Source of the DNA: Marsupella aquatica
Lineage: Eukaryota; Plantae; Marchantiophyta
Direction of reading: 5' to 3'
NCBI GenBank assembly: GCA_973895155.1
Contig: OZ316899.1
Coordinates: 5,893,241-5,957,240 of the forward strand
Length of the DNA: 64,000 nucleotides
Below the pieces are notes generated by a model that did not search any database, had not been told where the DNA came from, and saw nothing but the letters and a program-made list of their open reading frames with translations. Position numbers and translations under genes: made by a program. Below, piece after piece: positions 61,101-64,000 of the stretch; position 1 is the stretch's first letter, and each line of letters opens with the position of its first letter.

Positions 61101-62663
61101 GGCCTGGACCATAAGGGAGCTTGGCGTCGGAGTCAACGATGCCGGAGCTAAGTGTTAAGGTAGTCGAGTTCCGCGACTAAGTCTTTCCACCATTGCTTTG
61201 TCAATACACACTGAGACAACCACGACACTTTACTTACTTTGAGACATCTTTCTTTATTGTCGTTAGTTTCATGTACAACAATGGGCTCACCGCCCTTATT
61301 GGGAGAATGGAGCACCTCATCCCCTGGTTTCAAGGTAACATTTGTGCTTTCTTAGATAACCTACCGACAAAATCAAGTCTACGGCTAGAACGTAGAACAT
61401 CTCTTGACTAACAAAATTTTGTTATTTGCCTATGACCTCTACTCAAAGTCTATGTACTACTCTTGACACTATCCCTTTTGTGTCGTTGGCAAACTTGCAC
61501 ACTAACGGTTGTAGCAACTCTTGCACGTCCACCCCCAAGACGTGCCACCGCCTGCCAAGTTATGAAGCAGGCGGTCGCGCCCGTATCCACCAAAGCAACA
61601 CCCAAATTACTGTTAGAAGTGACATTCACAAAAATCAACTTTTCAGGATCCCTTGTCTTAACTCTAGGTATCTTCTCTCGCAACAACACCTTCTCTCCGG
61701 TAGTAACATCCCCTATAGGGACCTTGTCAGCTACTAAGGATTTGGTTAGAGCAATACTTACCTTAATGCTCTTTTGCCCTCCATCTCCGCTCGGCTTGCC
61801 TCCCTTCAAGGTGCAGTCCTTACTTTGATGGCCCATGGCGCCACACATGTAGCACAAACATTCAGCCCGCCTCTACTTCATGAGCGCCTACTTCTTTGCT
61901 TTCTGCGCCAATGAGGTTCCTTTCTTGAAGTTGCCGGCCTTCCAGTTTTGCTTTGCTTCTCCATTTTGGGGCAGGGGATCCAAACCACCGGCTCCTGCCC
62001 CCTCAGGTTGCTTACGCTTATTCCTGGGACCTTTCGCTTTCCCAGCTTCCCCCTCGGATCCCTTTCCACACACCTTCGCCAAGTGTGGCCGGTTATGCAC
62101 CAACGTAGTGGCCTTGTCAAAGGCATCAGAAAGCGTTTTGAACTCTTGACGCTTTTCCTGTAACTTTTCCCTGAGCAACGGCGGGAGCTTCACTATAAAG
62201 TTGTGAAGTTGCGTATGTAGGGTCTCTTGCCCCGCCGGGATACACGCTAACTGGTTTTGGTAATAAGTGAGGAACTTTTGGATATCACCCCTTAAGCTCA
62301 TTTTCGTTACACATTTTTGCGCTTGCCGCTCCGGGTACTTGGTGGTGACATGAGCACGGAGATCCTCAACCAGGTTTTCCCAAGTTAACGGCAAGGAGGA
62401 GTCCTCTTGCAACTTCTTCCACGACTTGTACCAAGTCAAGGCATAGTCCTTCAGGTAAGGAGCGGCTGTAGTAGCCCAAGTGGAATGCTCAATGCACGCT
62501 TGGAGATGAATATATCTCCATCGTGGAGAGCCAACTCAGGAACTTTTGTCCACTTTGCTCATAGGCCCCGTCAGGTTGGGGGACGGTAGCTGGTTCACTT
62601 GGAACATACTCTCTCCAACTACCATTCCCCCCTTGGGACGCGTCGCACTCTGACTACCCAGAC
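55151..62663 (-). mobile_element. Chromovirus copy B: gag-PR-RT-RNaseH-INT-chromodomain and 3' LTR (55151-56328); 5' LTR not in view
   Basis: gag 61888-62625, CYMCGAMGHQSKDC, LVDTGAT, FIDDILIYS, WTDASDYAIG, WESISMDFI, chromodomain ~56790-56960, purine tract ~56333-56342. Confidence 0.93.
59711..61178 (-). mobile_element. Chromovirus solo LTR (1468 bp) inserted between protease and RT of its own family
   Basis: Perfect TSD AAGTC (59706-59710 and 61179-61183); termini AGT...ACT. Confidence 0.93.
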
Positions 62664-64000
62664 GGGTATAGCCACCAAGACAAGAAACAGGATAACAAGA
62701 ATTCTGGTAGCATAATTTTTTTTGCTGTTATCAGGATTATGTTGTTGTTACCAGGAAAAGTTAGTCATTGGAACAGGATAATACTTCATTACTTCAAGCC
62801 AGATACATCTGAAAAAAAGCAATATGCATTGCGCTTCATTTACATTCTAGAGCATAGAACCAACTAACACGGCAACAATTGTTGTCTGATGATAAGTGAG
62901 TCCGGAATCACCAACATACTTCTGGAAAATAGTGTCCCAAAAACCACAGACACACAAACATTTACTAGTGAATGCCATGGGAAAAAACATTGACATGGTA
63001 GGTCCCACCATAAGTAACATAATATTATAGGCCAACAATAAGGCAGAAAACCACTAATGAAAACTCCGAACAATTTGAAAGACCACCAAAGATGGGCTAG
63101 CGCCTGGCGCTAGCTAAAATGGAAACAACCAACACATTTAGAAAATGACATTGGATGAATGCAGAATGTGGGAAACAAAAATTAAAAATATCATTTGTAG
63201 TTATAGGATTACAATGAAGTAAATGATAATAAGGAAGACTTCCATCCCAGCGCCAGGCGCTAACATAAAACTATACCGTTGTAATACGACAAAAACTAAT
63301 ATAACTGTTTCAAGTATAGGACAATATATCCTTCTCTATAAACCATGAGCATTCTCCCTCTCCAAGATCAGTCGGACTTCTCCAATTGTGAGAATTGGTT
63401 GGCTGGTCAAAGTAGATTCCTCAACGTCTAGTTTGAAAACAGTCTGGAAAACTCAATACAAATGTTTGCAAGGCATATATGGATGTTTGCGAGAATGTCG
63501 ACGATAGAAATCCTCACAAGAACAAGTCAGGAAAATACAAATCTGCACAAAGTAACTATTTGACGTCCTTAGATTCTTATGTGTTTGTACTTTGAATTGC
63601 TTCCCCCATGAGTTCCCAATAGAAACATCCCACTGTCCCTGGACGGACATGGTCTCTTTTCTTGCAGATTCAATCCTCTTCATCTGACCATGGGTCAAGG
63701 TCGATCGAGGAACCGTGTTCTTTCCATTCCGACTCCGGAGACGAACAGTGGGTTCCAAAAGATTGACTCTTTCTGGAAATAAGTTTACGTTGATTTGAAG
63801 CTCGAAAAGTGATGGTGGAGGTAGAGGACCGTCTCTTCCTCGGGCTATAGGTATTCCCTGGTCAACAAGATACTTCATCTCAGCTTCCGAAACATTTGTT
63901 CCTTTTATAACAGGAAGAATATCAGGAAAGGAGGGTAGGTTCACTACACCATGGCGGGGACGGCTCCGATAACATGTGTTGTTTGGGCAAAACCATATCA
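62664..64000 (-). mobile_element. End of a DNA transposon related to the two MITEs; runs off the window
   Basis: GGGTATAGCCAC..CAAGAAACAGGATAACAAGAATT resembles the MITE end GGGTTTAGCGAC..CAGGAAACAGGTAAACAAGAATT; shares the GCTAGCGCC..GCGCTAGC motif. Confidence 0.7.
63336..63944 (-). pseudogene. SWIM zinc-finger protein C-terminus (transposon-associated)
   Basis: TCSCEDF...PCKHLY. The TGA at 63453-63455 looks like a mutated Trp, because the frame continues VFQTVF... to a TAG at 63336. Confidence 0.7.

Overview
This is transposon-dense eukaryotic DNA, almost certainly from a land plant: it has TTTAGGG repeats, a CACTA/EnSpm transposase, Athila-like and chromovirus Ty3/gypsy elements, and an L1 LINE. 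A non-seed plant such as a bryophyte is my guess, not something the sequence proves. Only one clear host gene is present (41830-43854, minus strand, GATA-like plus PHD finger); the rest is nested mobile DNA. Main observations: (1) A Ty3/gypsy family has a ~4-kb LTR that contains a TATA box and an ~880-aa ORF. It occurs as the 3' LTR of a gag-pol element (5044-9057), as a TSD-flanked solo LTR with an intact ORF (48994-53003), as an older solo LTR (22624-26392) and as a fragment. (2) A decayed Ty3/gypsy polyprotein has a C5 cytosine DNA methyltransferase in frame upstream of RT and a PHD finger after integrase (11836-17040). (3) A chromovirus family has LTRs ending AGT...ACT rather than TG...CA, shown by three TSD-flanked solo LTRs. 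(4) CACTA elements with CACAA termini are present, one carrying SET-domain and BRCT-like cargo. (5) Two 8-bp-TSD MITEs and a probable longer SWIM-encoding relative are present. (6) Telomere repeats are written into two TE copies. All domain calls come from motifs read by eye; no database searches were run.
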